Source: a plasmid. Taken from it: a stretch of DNA of 44,665 nucleotides. A program made the position numbers and the translations under genes. The notes beneath the pieces were generated by a model. That model made no database searches. It was given only the letters and a program-made list of their open reading frames with translations, and was not told the origin of the DNA. Shown piece by piece: positions 18,444-27,574 of this stretch. The stretch lies in sequence record NZ_CP102715.1; one strand, 5' to 3'. The number at the start of each line of letters is the position of its first letter. Position 1 is the first letter of the stretch.

Positions 18444-19283
18444 ATGACAGAAATTATTCAATCAGCTATTTCACACTTTTTCGAATGGCTCCTGTCTGGT
18501 TTGTTAGATGGTTTATTCAACATCTGTAAGGCAATCATTGACCAAGCCAATCAAAGCTTGCCGATTGTTAAAACGTGGTATGCTATCTTCCTATCCTTTG
18601 CGACATCGTTAGTCGTTGTGGTCGTCCTTGGCCGCATTGTGATGACAATTCTAAAAGAGGCAGACGAAAGTACCGACGTCACTTGGGCTAATATCATCAT
18701 GGACGGGATTAAATCAGCGGCCGTGATTCCAGTTTTCGTGTTCTTACAGGGATTCATTCAAGGTTCAATTACCTTGCCCCTGCTAAAGTATATGTTTAGT
18801 TCTGATCAGAAATTCACTGCTAAATCAATTACCGGCATGAATAAAGTTCCTGGGCTAAAAGATGTTGGCATTTCGCTACCCTTACAGATTTTGTTTCTGC
18901 TAATCTTCACTGTCGTAACCGTCGTGTTCTTTATCAAAATGTGTGTGTTTGTGGCTGATATGGCTTGGTACAACCTGACGATTCCTTTAGCTGCAATGAG
19001 CATGGCGACCGAAAGCTTTGATTACAGTGGCACGTGGTGGAAGAAGTACATTTATTACAATGCTTCTATTATTAGCCAGGTGCTTTGTATGTCACTATCA
19101 GTATGGTGTTTCACTAATATGGCTAAATATGGGTTCATTGCCTTTATTGGTTCAATTGGATTCGGCTTTCTGGTGGTCAAAACACCTGACGCCGTTAAAG
19201 ACTTTTGGGCTTCAACTGGTGTGACTAAAAGTGCTGGTATGGGTGTCATGAGAATGTTTCAAAATTATTTCCGTAATCACTAG
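18444..19283 (+). CDS. VirB6-like polytopic membrane protein (TrsL/TraL-like)
   Basis: At least 5 TM segments. Start MTEIIQSAI with GAAGGAGGGGG RBS; the track start at 18390 is earlier. Confidence 0.55.
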   Translation: MTEIIQSAISHFFEWLLSGLLDGLFNICKAIIDQANQSLPIVKTWYAIFLSFATSLVVVVVLGRIVMTILKEADESTDVTWANIIMDGIKSAAVIPVFVFLQGFIQGSITLPLLKYMFSSDQKFTAKSITGMNKVPGLKDVGISLPLQILFLLIFTVVTVVFFIKMCVFVADMAWYNLTIPLAAMSMATESFDYSGTWWKKYIYYNASIISQVLCMSLSVWCFTNMAKYGFIAFIGSIGFGFLVVKTPDAVKDFWASTGVTKSAGMGVMRMFQNYFRNH

Positions 19284-19297
19284 GAGGAAAAATAGTT

Positions 19298-19708
19298 ATG
19301 AAGAAAATCGCACACTGGTTATTAGAAAAAGCCAAAAAAGATATGCGAACCGACCCTTTTGCAACACCTTCACGGCGGATTAAGCTGTCTTACTATTTTG
19401 ATAACTTAGTTAGCATGGTCTTCTATATAATGGGAATTTACCTCCTATTAATGGATTTATACCAAGAGCTTTTCACGGCGAACCATACCGGTTTTTTAGG
19501 AACTGCACTAATGGCCTTAGTTTTACTGCTGGGTGGCTTATTATTCCGTTGGTCAGCCTATGCAGATCTCAAAGCCATCAACCGGTATCAACAATATTTA
19601 AAGCAACAATCGATAGAGCAGCAACAAAAATTGCGCCGTGAAACTTGGTTAAAAGCGGTCGAACAAGGCAAAACAGAATTAGAACAGAAATTGAATTATA
19701 AGGAGTGA
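19298..19708 (+). CDS. Membrane protein (TrsM-like)
   Basis: GGAGG RBS. Two TM helices plus a C-terminal coiled coil. Confidence 0.4.
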   Translation: MKKIAHWLLEKAKKDMRTDPFATPSRRIKLSYYFDNLVSMVFYIMGIYLLLMDLYQELFTANHTGFLGTALMALVLLLGGLLFRWSAYADLKAINRYQQYLKQQSIEQQQKLRRETWLKAVEQGKTELEQKLNYKE

Positions 19709-19714
19709 ACGAAC

Positions 19715-21850
19715 ATGACTACTGTTATCTTAGCTGAAAAACCTAGTCAAGCCCGTTCATACGTCCAAGCCTTTCAAAAGAGCACAAAAAAACAGGGTTA
19801 CTATACGGTTAGCGACCCTGTTTTGCCCGCAAATACGCTTGTGACGTATGGTCTCGGACATTTAGTTGAATTAGCCACACCGGATAAATATGATCAGAAA
19901 TATCAGCAATGGGCCTTATCTAATTTACCGATTTTCCCCGACAAATACAAGTTTGAAGTGTCAGCTAGTAAAAAAGCCCAATTCAAGGTCGTTAAAGACC
20001 TGTTAACGAAGGCCGATACCATTATTGTGGCCACCGATAGTGGTCGGGAAGGGTCAAGTATCGCGTGGTCGATCATGAACCAAGCGCATATTGATGTTAA
20101 GTCGAAAACGATTAAGCGCCTTTGGTTGAATAGCCTAGAAAAAGACGCGATTATTACCGGCTTCAAAAATCTTGGTGATTGGCACAAAGACTATTTGGCT
20201 TATAAAGAAGCTCAAACTCGTCAAATTAGCGATTGGTTGATCGGCATGAATGGTAGTCCATTATATACTTTGTTATTAAGACAAAAAGGGGTACGCGGGG
20301 TGTACTCAATTGGTCGCGTGCAGACGCCAACCTTGTATATGGTCTATCAAAGAGACCAGGCAATCAAAAACTTTAAGCCGGAACCCTATTTTGAACTAAA
20401 TACGGAAATTTTAGCCAATCAGCAAAAATTCGTCGCAAAATTAGACCCCTATCAGCGGTTTAAAGATGAAACAGGGCTAATAACATTCATGCAAGCTAAA
20501 CACGTTCAGAAAGGCTCACAGGGTGGTTTAATCAAGGACGTGCAAAAACAGGCTAAAAAGAGTGCTAGTCCACAGTTGTTTTCGCTATCCAGTCTGCAAA
20601 GTGCCATGAATAAACGGTATCATGCCAGTGCCAGCCAAACCTTAGCGGCTATTCAAAGTTTATATGAAGCCAAGTTGTTGAGTTATCCCCGAACTGATTG
20701 TGCTTATATCACTGATGAAGAATTTGAGTATTTAGTGGCTAATCTGACGAAGTATCTGGGGTTAGTCTCTAAGCAAGTCGCTTTAACCAATACCACGCCA
20801 AATAAGCGTTATGTTAATGGAAAAAAAGTTGAAGAACACTACGCCATTATCATGACTAAAGTCGTGCCGACGAAAGAGAAACTAGCCAGCTTGCCTAAAT
20901 TACAGCAACAAGTCTATGACTTGGTTTTAAGGACGACGTTAGCGATGTTTGCTGATCCGTACGAGTACGAGGAAACAACCATTATTACCCAAGTTGGTGA
21001 CGCCAATTTTAAAGCAACCGGTAAGGTCCCAACTAAGCAAGGTTGGCAAGCTTTATTTGATGATCACAAAGCCGAACAGCAAGAGGCAGCCACCTTACCG
21101 CTCGTTCACCAAGGCGATCAAGTCCAAGCAAACCTGCAAACGCCGCAAAAAGAAACGACCCCACCCGTGCCATTTACCGAAGGTACCCTGATTACGGCCA
21201 TGAAAACCGCCGGTAAAACGCTTGATGATGAAGAAGCCCAGGCGATTCTCAAAGACGTGCAAGGTATTGGGACAAGTGCAACCCGGGCAAATGTGCTGGA
21301 AGTGTTAAAGAAGCGCGGCTATCTCGTCACTGAAAAGAACAAGTTACACATCAGTGAAGCAGGGATTACTTTATGTAAAGCGGTTGAACTCGAACCCTTG
21401 CTAACTAGCCCAGAAATGACGGCTAAATGGGAGCAAGCGTTACAACAAATCAGTACCGAAGAACGCACCCCGGATAACTTTTTGAGCCAAATCAAAAAGT
21501 TCGTGGCAAAATTGATTGCTGATGTTCCCACGCAATTGACTGGCAGTGCAGCCATTAAGCAACAAATCGATCACCAACAGCAAGCGCAAAAAGCCGCCGA
21601 AGTTTTCTTAGAAACACCGCAAGCGATCGTTTTAAATAAACAGAAGTTTTACATTGTGAAGCCTAAGCAAGGCGAAGACTTTACCTTACCTAAGAAATGG
21701 AGTAGCAAGACGCTCGGGAAGACCGCAATTAAAGCGTTAGTTACCAAGGGTGAAACCAGCAAACTAAAGGGATTCAAGAGCAAAAAGGGAAAGCCGTTTG
21801 ACGCCAAGTTAAAGCTTGACGGCCATAAATTAAGTTTTGATTTTGATTAG
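19715..21850 (+). CDS. topB: Type IA DNA topoisomerase (topoisomerase III, TraI/TopB-like)
   Basis: N-terminal Toprim (MTTVILAEKPSQARSY), DxD region (VATDSGREG), catalytic-Tyr region (YPRTD). 711 aa. Confidence 0.85.
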   Translation: MTTVILAEKPSQARSYVQAFQKSTKKQGYYTVSDPVLPANTLVTYGLGHLVELATPDKYDQKYQQWALSNLPIFPDKYKFEVSASKKAQFKVVKDLLTKADTIIVATDSGREGSSIAWSIMNQAHIDVKSKTIKRLWLNSLEKDAIITGFKNLGDWHKDYLAYKEAQTRQISDWLIGMNGSPLYTLLLRQKGVRGVYSIGRVQTPTLYMVYQRDQAIKNFKPEPYFELNTEILANQQKFVAKLDPYQRFKDETGLITFMQAKHVQKGSQGGLIKDVQKQAKKSASPQLFSLSSLQSAMNKRYHASASQTLAAIQSLYEAKLLSYPRTDCAYITDEEFEYLVANLTKYLGLVSKQVALTNTTPNKRYVNGKKVEEHYAIIMTKVVPTKEKLASLPKLQQQVYDLVLRTTLAMFADPYEYEETTIITQVGDANFKATGKVPTKQGWQALFDDHKAEQQEAATLPLVHQGDQVQANLQTPQKETTPPVPFTEGTLITAMKTAGKTLDDEEAQAILKDVQGIGTSATRANVLEVLKKRGYLVTEKNKLHISEAGITLCKAVELEPLLTSPEMTAKWEQALQQISTEERTPDNFLSQIKKFVAKLIADVPTQLTGSAAIKQQIDHQQQAQKAAEVFLETPQAIVLNKQKFYIVKPKQGEDFTLPKKWSSKTLGKTAIKALVTKGETSKLKGFKSKKGKPFDAKLKLDGHKLSFDFD

Positions 21851-21970
21851 AACCTGCCTACCGCCCTTCACGTTGTTCCGGTTGGTGAACCCGTCATTTA
21901 GGTTTACTTTTCAAAAACCAAAAAGTGAACCTAACCAACGAGTGTAATTGTAAAAGAAGGAGGATATATC

Positions 21971-22186
21971 ATGAAAAATGAACTGGAAGCATTAGCAAGC
22001 GAATTACCTATTTTGACGGATAAAAGCAGTTATAAGTACCTATCAGAAGTTGCGGGTAATGGCAAATATATTCAAGTTGCGTGGCAAAAAAAGAATACCG
22101 AATATTTAGCACTTTACGGCACACAATCCATCAAGTTACCCCAAATTGATAATTCTGTAGAGTTTGTAAACGCCGAGGAGGGTTAA
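21971..22186 (+). CDS. Hypothetical small protein
   Basis: AGAAGGAGG RBS. 71 aa. Confidence 0.4.
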   Translation: MKNELEALASELPILTDKSSYKYLSEVAGNGKYIQVAWQKKNTEYLALYGTQSIKLPQIDNSVEFVNAEEG

Positions 22187-22188
22187 TC

Positions 22189-23313
22189 ATGCCAAGTAAA
22201 GTTGAAACTGAAAAATGGAAAAGGCAGCTTGTCGAAAATGCCGAAAAAGAAATTTTAAAACTAACTGATAGTGAAAAATTTAAAAGTTATCTTAATACCG
22301 TAGCAAAGTTTCACCGGTATAGCCAACGTAATATTGACCTTATCTATTCTCAAAATCCAAGTGCCAGCCAAGTTGCAGGCTTTAAAAAATGGCAGAATGA
22401 TTTTAAACGATCAGTAAATAAAGGAGAAAAAGGGATCAGGATTGCGGCCCCTATTATTAAAAAACTAACGCCAGAGGATCAGAAAAGGCTTGATACGACC
22501 GAAGAAAAAGCCATAGTTGGTTATCGCTATATTCCAGTATTTGACATATCACAGACAAGCGGCGAACCAGTCCTAAGTGCTAAGGATTTTGTCAAAGAAA
22601 ATTTAGCCGATCATCAGAATGTAACGAGCTTGTATAACGCGTTCAAAGATTATTTAAACCAACAAACCGATCTTCAAGTCAGTGAAGTGCCTTTAGCAAC
22701 GCTAAATGGGGCTAAGGGGTATTTTCAACCCAGCACTAATGAAATCGTCATTGGTGGCGATGAGTCCGACAATGCTTTGAAACTAAAAACGTTATATCAC
22801 GAATATGCACATAGTCAGTTACATGGGTTAAAATCAGCCTTTAAAGATCGGCCACGAGCCTATCAAGAAACGCAAGCCGAAGCGGTCGCATATGTTGCCA
22901 TGCAAAATATTGGCGTTGATACAGGCAATTACTCCCTCGGTTATGTGGCTACCTGGGCGAAAGATAAAGCCGTGATCCATAGCGCTTTAAGTGAAATTCA
23001 GCAGGTTAGTAACAAGGTGATTGAGCTTAGTGACGGGTTAACCAAACAATTAGGCTTACAAGAAGCCCAAAAAGAGCCTGAGCATGATCTAAAAAAGCTA
23101 TCAGCCCATGATCTTAATAAGTCCTATCAAGGCTTGCAACAACAAGTTCAGCAAGCAAGGAACCCACAACAAAAATCAGAACTACAAAATAAATTAAATA
23201 ATGTACACCATGAAATCAGTAAGCGAACACAAAAACAGCTGCAAGCATTTGCTGAACAGAATCCGGAAATCAAACAACCCGAATCCGAACTTGATCAAAG
23301 TTTAAAGCGTTAG
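22189..23313 (+). CDS. ArdC-like antirestriction / ssDNA-binding protein (ArdC-N/DUF1738 plus zincin-like HExxH domain; LtrC-like)
   Basis: FHRYSQRNIDLIYSQNPSASQVAGFKKWQNDFKRSVNKGEKGIRIAAP matches the ArdC-N signature. A downstream HEYAH motif is present. Confidence 0.7.
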   Translation: MPSKVETEKWKRQLVENAEKEILKLTDSEKFKSYLNTVAKFHRYSQRNIDLIYSQNPSASQVAGFKKWQNDFKRSVNKGEKGIRIAAPIIKKLTPEDQKRLDTTEEKAIVGYRYIPVFDISQTSGEPVLSAKDFVKENLADHQNVTSLYNAFKDYLNQQTDLQVSEVPLATLNGAKGYFQPSTNEIVIGGDESDNALKLKTLYHEYAHSQLHGLKSAFKDRPRAYQETQAEAVAYVAMQNIGVDTGNYSLGYVATWAKDKAVIHSALSEIQQVSNKVIELSDGLTKQLGLQEAQKEPEHDLKKLSAHDLNKSYQGLQQQVQQARNPQQKSELQNKLNNVHHEISKRTQKQLQAFAEQNPEIKQPESELDQSLKR

Positions 23314-23341
23314 CCAGATTTTAAAGGTCATGCTATAATAT

Positions 23342-23470
23342 AAACAGAAAAAGGAAGTCCCGCCGAAAACAGGACTTCCCGTGCAAGCCGCTTCAAAGGC
23401 GGTGGCATTAACATTAGACTAAATACTAGTCGTCCTGTAACCTGCCAAAGTTACACAGGGCGGCTTTTTT
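23342..23470 (+). ncRNA. Candidate small structured RNA (type I antitoxin-like), copy A. Runs from an extended -10 promoter (TGCTATAAT at 23326-23334) to a bidirectional terminator.
   Basis: Perfect 8-bp hairpin GGAAGTCC..GGACTTCC. Second hairpin CCGC..GCGG. Terminal stem plus GGCTTTTTTATTT. Convergent with the peptide ORF at 23469-23558. Confidence 0.35.
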
Positions 23471-23558
23471 ATTTGTGGTGCTTGTCGATATAGCTGAGGA
23501 GCGCGATTAAAAACGTGCCAAACAGCAACATCAACGAGAGTGTCTGGAAGACGCTCAT
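23469..23558 (-). CDS. Fst/Ldr-like type I toxin peptide (29 aa), copy A
   Basis: Minus-strand ORF ATGAGCGTCTTCCAG..AAATAA encodes MSVFQTLSLMLLFGTFLIALLSYIDKHHK (TM helix plus charged tail). GGAAGG RBS-like motif lies upstream. Extended -10 TGTATAAT on the minus strand near 23657-23664. Confidence 0.45.
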   Translation of the reverse strand: MSVFQTLSLMLLFGTFLIALLSYIDKHHK

Positions 23559-24024
23559 TGACTGTGAAACCTTCCTGAAGATTATTCCATGGTCCCATGG
23601 GCCTCACCTCACAAGGGAAAAGACAGCCACTGCCCTTAAACCTTCTTGCTCAATCCATTATACAGGGAAATTAAAAATCAACCAAGAACAATAAAACTGC
23701 TCTTGACAGCAAAGGAAAGCTACAACCCTAGCAAGGTCAGCAAGCAAGGCTAATAATACTGCTGCAATGGGAAATAACAAGTGTCCAGTAGGGCGGTCCA
23801 AGAGCGGGCACAAATCCTACCAGACAGTACGATTATAAAAGTAAAGAAGGTCATAAAATCAGCTACTAGAGGGAAAACTGTGGTAAAAGACAAATAAGAT
23901 GGTGAAATGATGACTATAAAGCCAAGTCAGATAAACAGGTGATTGAGCATACAAATTGCTTTTGACACTTTACTTACTTATAATAAGTACAATAATAAAT
24001 GACTAGTAAAAGGCGGGTAAAACA

Positions 24025-25374
24025 ATGGATAAATTTAAAAATATTATTATTGGATTTGGTAAGGCGGGTAAGACATTAGCTAAGTACTTAGCGCAGCATG
24101 ATGAGACCGTGCTTCTGATCGAACGGTCTAAACAAATGTACGGAGGAACTTGCATCAATGTTGGCTGCCTACCATCTAAAAATTTAATTTTAAATGGTCA
24201 ACGTGGCGTGGACTTCACTACAGCAGTTAATAAGCGTGGTAAGATGACTAGACAGTTGCGAAACAAAAACTATCACATGGTGGCTGATGAGCCACTAGCA
24301 ACGGTTTGGGATGGGTCAGCCCGGTTTATCGACAATTATGTTTTGGCAGTCGTAATGAGTGATGGAACGACTAAGAAGGTGAGAGGTGAACGCATCTTCA
24401 TTAATACTGGAGCGGTTCCAAATTGGCCATCAATCCCAGGGCTAGAATTCGGTCAGCGGATTTTTACGTCTAAAGAAGCTATGGAATTGAAGAAACAACC
24501 GAAACGACTAGCAATTATTGGCGGCGGTTATATTGGCCTTGAATTTGCTGGAATGTTTAATTCCTTTGGTACACATGTAACGATTTTCGACCAACATACC
24601 AGATTGTTAGAGCGCGAAGATCCTGATATTGCGACCGAGGTCGTAACAGATCTGACTAACGCAGGGATCGAGATTAAACTGGAGACTCAACTAACGCAAG
24701 TAAAAGATAATGGTGAGAAGGTTACATTATATTATCAACAAGGTGATCAAACTAGCACTGCGGAATTTGATGCGGTATTAGTTGCAGTCGGTCGGCGGCC
24801 TAATGTAAGTAGTTTAGGACTAGAAAATACTGATATTGCTTTAACCAATCGCGGTGCTATTCAGGTCGATGATCATTTAAGAACTACAGTACAAAACATT
24901 TGGGCTTTAGGTGACGTTAATGGTGGTCCTATGTTCACTTATGTCTCATTGGATGATTTTCGTATTATCATAGATCAATTGTTTGGTAAGGGGGATCGCT
25001 CAACGGCTGATCGAATGGTGATACCGACTGCTTCGTTCCTAAATCCACCACTGGCCAACGTTGGCTTAAATGAACGTCAGGCCAAGAGTGCAGGTTATAA
25101 CTTTCAAACTTTTAAGCTATCAGTTAAGGCGATTCCAAAGGCCCGGGTCTTGGAGGATCAACGCGGGCTTTATAAGGTAATCGTTGATCAAAAAACACAC
25201 CTTATTTTAGGGGCAACATTGTATGCCGCTGAGGCTCATGAAACCATCAATCTAATTGCATTGGCAATGAAGGCCAAATTACCTTACGAAAGATTACGCG
25301 ACATGATCTATACTCATCCAACAATGTCTGAAGCCTTGAATGATCTTTTTAAGACCCCGGTCGTGAAAAGCTAA
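24025..25374 (+). CDS. Class I pyridine nucleotide-disulfide oxidoreductase (glutathione reductase / dihydrolipoamide dehydrogenase family)
   Basis: FAD-binding IIGFGKAGKT. Redox-active disulfide motif GGTCINVGCLPSK. C-terminal HPTMSEAL dimerisation/active-site His motif. Confidence 0.8.
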   Translation: MDKFKNIIIGFGKAGKTLAKYLAQHDETVLLIERSKQMYGGTCINVGCLPSKNLILNGQRGVDFTTAVNKRGKMTRQLRNKNYHMVADEPLATVWDGSARFIDNYVLAVVMSDGTTKKVRGERIFINTGAVPNWPSIPGLEFGQRIFTSKEAMELKKQPKRLAIIGGGYIGLEFAGMFNSFGTHVTIFDQHTRLLEREDPDIATEVVTDLTNAGIEIKLETQLTQVKDNGEKVTLYYQQGDQTSTAEFDAVLVAVGRRPNVSSLGLENTDIALTNRGAIQVDDHLRTTVQNIWALGDVNGGPMFTYVSLDDFRIIIDQLFGKGDRSTADRMVIPTASFLNPPLANVGLNERQAKSAGYNFQTFKLSVKAIPKARVLEDQRGLYKVIVDQKTHLILGATLYAAEAHETINLIALAMKAKLPYERLRDMIYTHPTMSEALNDLFKTPVVKS

Positions 25375-25657
25375 CGCCCTAGAAACACAAAGCCGACTAG
25401 TTAATCGAGGAAACAATCAAGAAATCACCGTTAAAATTATTGCGCAATGTGATTAACAATGCCCTTAATCTAAAGGACCGGGGTTACCAGATCTTCGAGC
25501 ATTGTGATCTACCTTTACACAATAACCACGATGAGCAACGGATCCACTCTACCACGCTGGTGCGAAAGAATAAGTCTGTTCACAAAACCAACGGCAAGCG
25601 CAAAGGCTAATACGATCTGGTTTGGGATTGTACAAATGGTAAAATTAAATAAACTGG

Positions 25658-26023
25658 ATGTCTTTAAAGTCTACTTCGGGGAATGTTGCTTTTTATTCCA
25701 TAACTCAAGGACCTATTGAATTACAAAATAAATTAGCCCAGAATTTCCCAGAATATGTTGATCCAGTCTCGCATAAAGATGCAGAGTCTCCGCTTAGAAC
25801 AGATTGGACTCGGCTAGGTCAGTCTCCTAGTTGGAATGGACGCCAAGCTTTTATTAATCAATTTAATGCTACTTATGGTACTCAATCTGCTGATTGGTGG
25901 TCTGCTCGACAAATTCATCATATTCGTCCAAGAATTTATGGTGGTACAGATGATTTTAATAATTTACTCCCTGTTCCCAATGCAAATCATTATTTAATAA
26001 CAAGTTGGTTTAGAAACTATTAA
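25658..26023 (+). CDS. Orphan polymorphic-toxin C-terminal domain (HNH/EndoVII-fold xHH nuclease-like), lacking an N-terminal trafficking domain
   Basis: The motif ARQIHHIRPRIYGGTDDFNNLLPVPNANH has the HH..P..GG..N..H arrangement of HNH-fold toxin tips. An in-frame stop lies 4 codons upstream of the ATG. Confidence 0.5.
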   Translation: MSLKSTSGNVAFYSITQGPIELQNKLAQNFPEYVDPVSHKDAESPLRTDWTRLGQSPSWNGRQAFINQFNATYGTQSADWWSARQIHHIRPRIYGGTDDFNNLLPVPNANHYLITSWFRNY

Positions 26024-26035
26024 GGTGCTAAATAT

Positions 26036-26539
26036 ATGGAAATAGATTCAATTGTAAATTCTCTCAAAACAATGTCTCAAGTTAGTAACTATAAAATTTA
26101 TGTTTCTGGATCTTTACCAATGAATGTTGGTTTTCGATTAAAAGCTAAAGCAACTCAGGCTGATTTAAAAAAGTTTGATAAAATTAATTACTCTCTTCCC
26201 AACGATTATTTAGCCTTTATAAGTCAAATAAATGGTGCAGAGTTATTTACTGATGGAAAGTATATCCAAAAATGTAAAATCTATTCGATTCAAGAAGTAT
26301 TACATTGGCGAGAATTTTTAAGAAGCTCAGGATTTTACCCGGAGTGGGATAAACTTCTCCCAATTCTAGAACTACAAGATATCGGTCAACTAATACTTAA
26401 TTTGGAACGATATGAAAACCAAGAAGATTATTTATTATATCCTGATGAATCAAATAAATATTTCCACATTGGCTTTACTGAATGGTTGAATAATTATTTA
26501 CTAACAAACGGTAGCGAATTTTGGTATATGAACTCATAA
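26036..26539 (+). CDS. SUKH (SMI1/KNR4)-family immunity protein
   Basis: LPNDYLAFISQINGAELF matches the SUKH-1 core (LPxDYxxFLxxxNGGxF). 167 aa. Directly downstream of the toxin tip. Confidence 0.6.
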   Translation: MEIDSIVNSLKTMSQVSNYKIYVSGSLPMNVGFRLKAKATQADLKKFDKINYSLPNDYLAFISQINGAELFTDGKYIQKCKIYSIQEVLHWREFLRSSGFYPEWDKLLPILELQDIGQLILNLERYENQEDYLLYPDESNKYFHIGFTEWLNNYLLTNGSEFWYMNS

Positions 26540-26830
26540 GAAATGAAATAAGTAGCAAGCCCTCTCGTACAATACCCCTTATGTTTTAGAATTGCCAATT
26601 CATGCGGGTGAAGTTTCCTTTTTTACACAACATTCTTGACACTCTCGTTCCCAACACCACCAATCGTTAATTCTAATTTATTTTTCATCGAACATTGATA
26701 TTTATAATTGTGTGTGCTATCACTAACTACCAATAGGGGAATCACTTTATTCCCCTATTCTTCGTGGGTTGCATCCGAAATACTTCAGCTCGAAGTAACG
26801 CCACGTTAAAAACAAAAGGAGGTAACTTTT

Positions 26831-27574
26831 ATGTTACAGAAGATTGCGAAGTCGAAGAGTTTTGATTTGCTTGGGGTCCTGATTGTCGTTGCCATCTCAA
26901 TTGCTTCTGGTTACCTAACCGAAACCCTCGCTGACGTCACGCATTGGGGCCACTGGACGGTCTTCGTTCCCTTTGGAATTATCTCGATTATCAATTCGAT
27001 TCTCTCGATTTATTCAACCCGGCTGACCGGCCGGATGAATAACCTGGGGAACGTGGTTGGGATCGCGAACGTGGTGCTTTCCGGGACGATTGATTACATT
27101 CTGGGAAACCAGGCAGCCGTCATCACTTACCCAGTGACCTTCATCATCTACACGGTGGCGATCGAACACTGGAAGCGGACTGAGAAGTACAAGAGCTCCA
27201 AGCCAATGACGGGCGCTAAAGGGGTGCTCACCATCATCGGCATGTTCATCCTATCCTTGCTCTTCTCGTTTGGAACCAACTACATTGGCTGGACGAACAG
27301 CCTTACTGATCCCCTCTTCTGGATCACCGTTATCGCCTTTGGCTTGAGCCTGGGTGCTAACGTCCTCAACGCCATGAAGTTTGAAATGCAGTGGAAGTTC
27401 TGGGTTCTTTACGACTTTATTCAGTTAGCGAAGGCCGGAATTCAGGGCAACTTCGCTAACATTGGTAAGTACGTTTACTACATCATCAACGCCATCGCGG
27501 CCCTTGCCTTCTGGCGGGACCCGCTCGAAGTCACCCCTGCCTCCAAGGTGAACCAGAAGGTTAACCGCGTCTAA
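26831..27574 (+). CDS. pnuC: PnuC-family nicotinamide riboside transporter
   Basis: 247 aa, 7-8 TM. W-rich conserved helices (HWGHWTVF, IEHWKRT, GWTNSLTDPLFWI). AAAGGAGG RBS. Markedly G+C-richer than its flanks. Confidence 0.7.
   Translation: MLQKIAKSKSFDLLGVLIVVAISIASGYLTETLADVTHWGHWTVFVPFGIISIINSILSIYSTRLTGRMNNLGNVVGIANVVLSGTIDYILGNQAAVITYPVTFIIYTVAIEHWKRTEKYKSSKPMTGAKGVLTIIGMFILSLLFSFGTNYIGWTNSLTDPLFWITVIAFGLSLGANVLNAMKFEMQWKFWVLYDFIQLAKAGIQGNFANIGKYVYYIINAIAALAFWRDPLEVTPASKVNQKVNRV

Noticed and set aside
20949-21191. 80-aa ORF inside the topoisomerase gene, and similar internal ORFs (19903-20187, 21319-21555, 11632-11859, 13261-13643, 6338-7011, 17833-18051, 18551-19249)
   Set aside because: Alternative-frame or antisense ORFs nested in long, motif-supported genes.
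23419-23607. 62-aa minus-strand ORF (MRPMGPWNNLQEGF..) and its 65-aa twin at 31033-31230
   Set aside because: It has a GTG start and crosses the bidirectional terminator hairpin. Its C-terminus differs between the two repeat copies because it runs out of the conserved unit. The 29-aa hydrophobic ORF in another frame is the conserved, better-supported reading.
25504-25719. 71-aa ORF upstream of or overlapping the toxin-tip gene
   Set aside because: Different frame from the HNH-motif ORF. Cys/Phe-rich with no RBS. May contain a remnant of a preceding toxin 3' end but is not interpretable.
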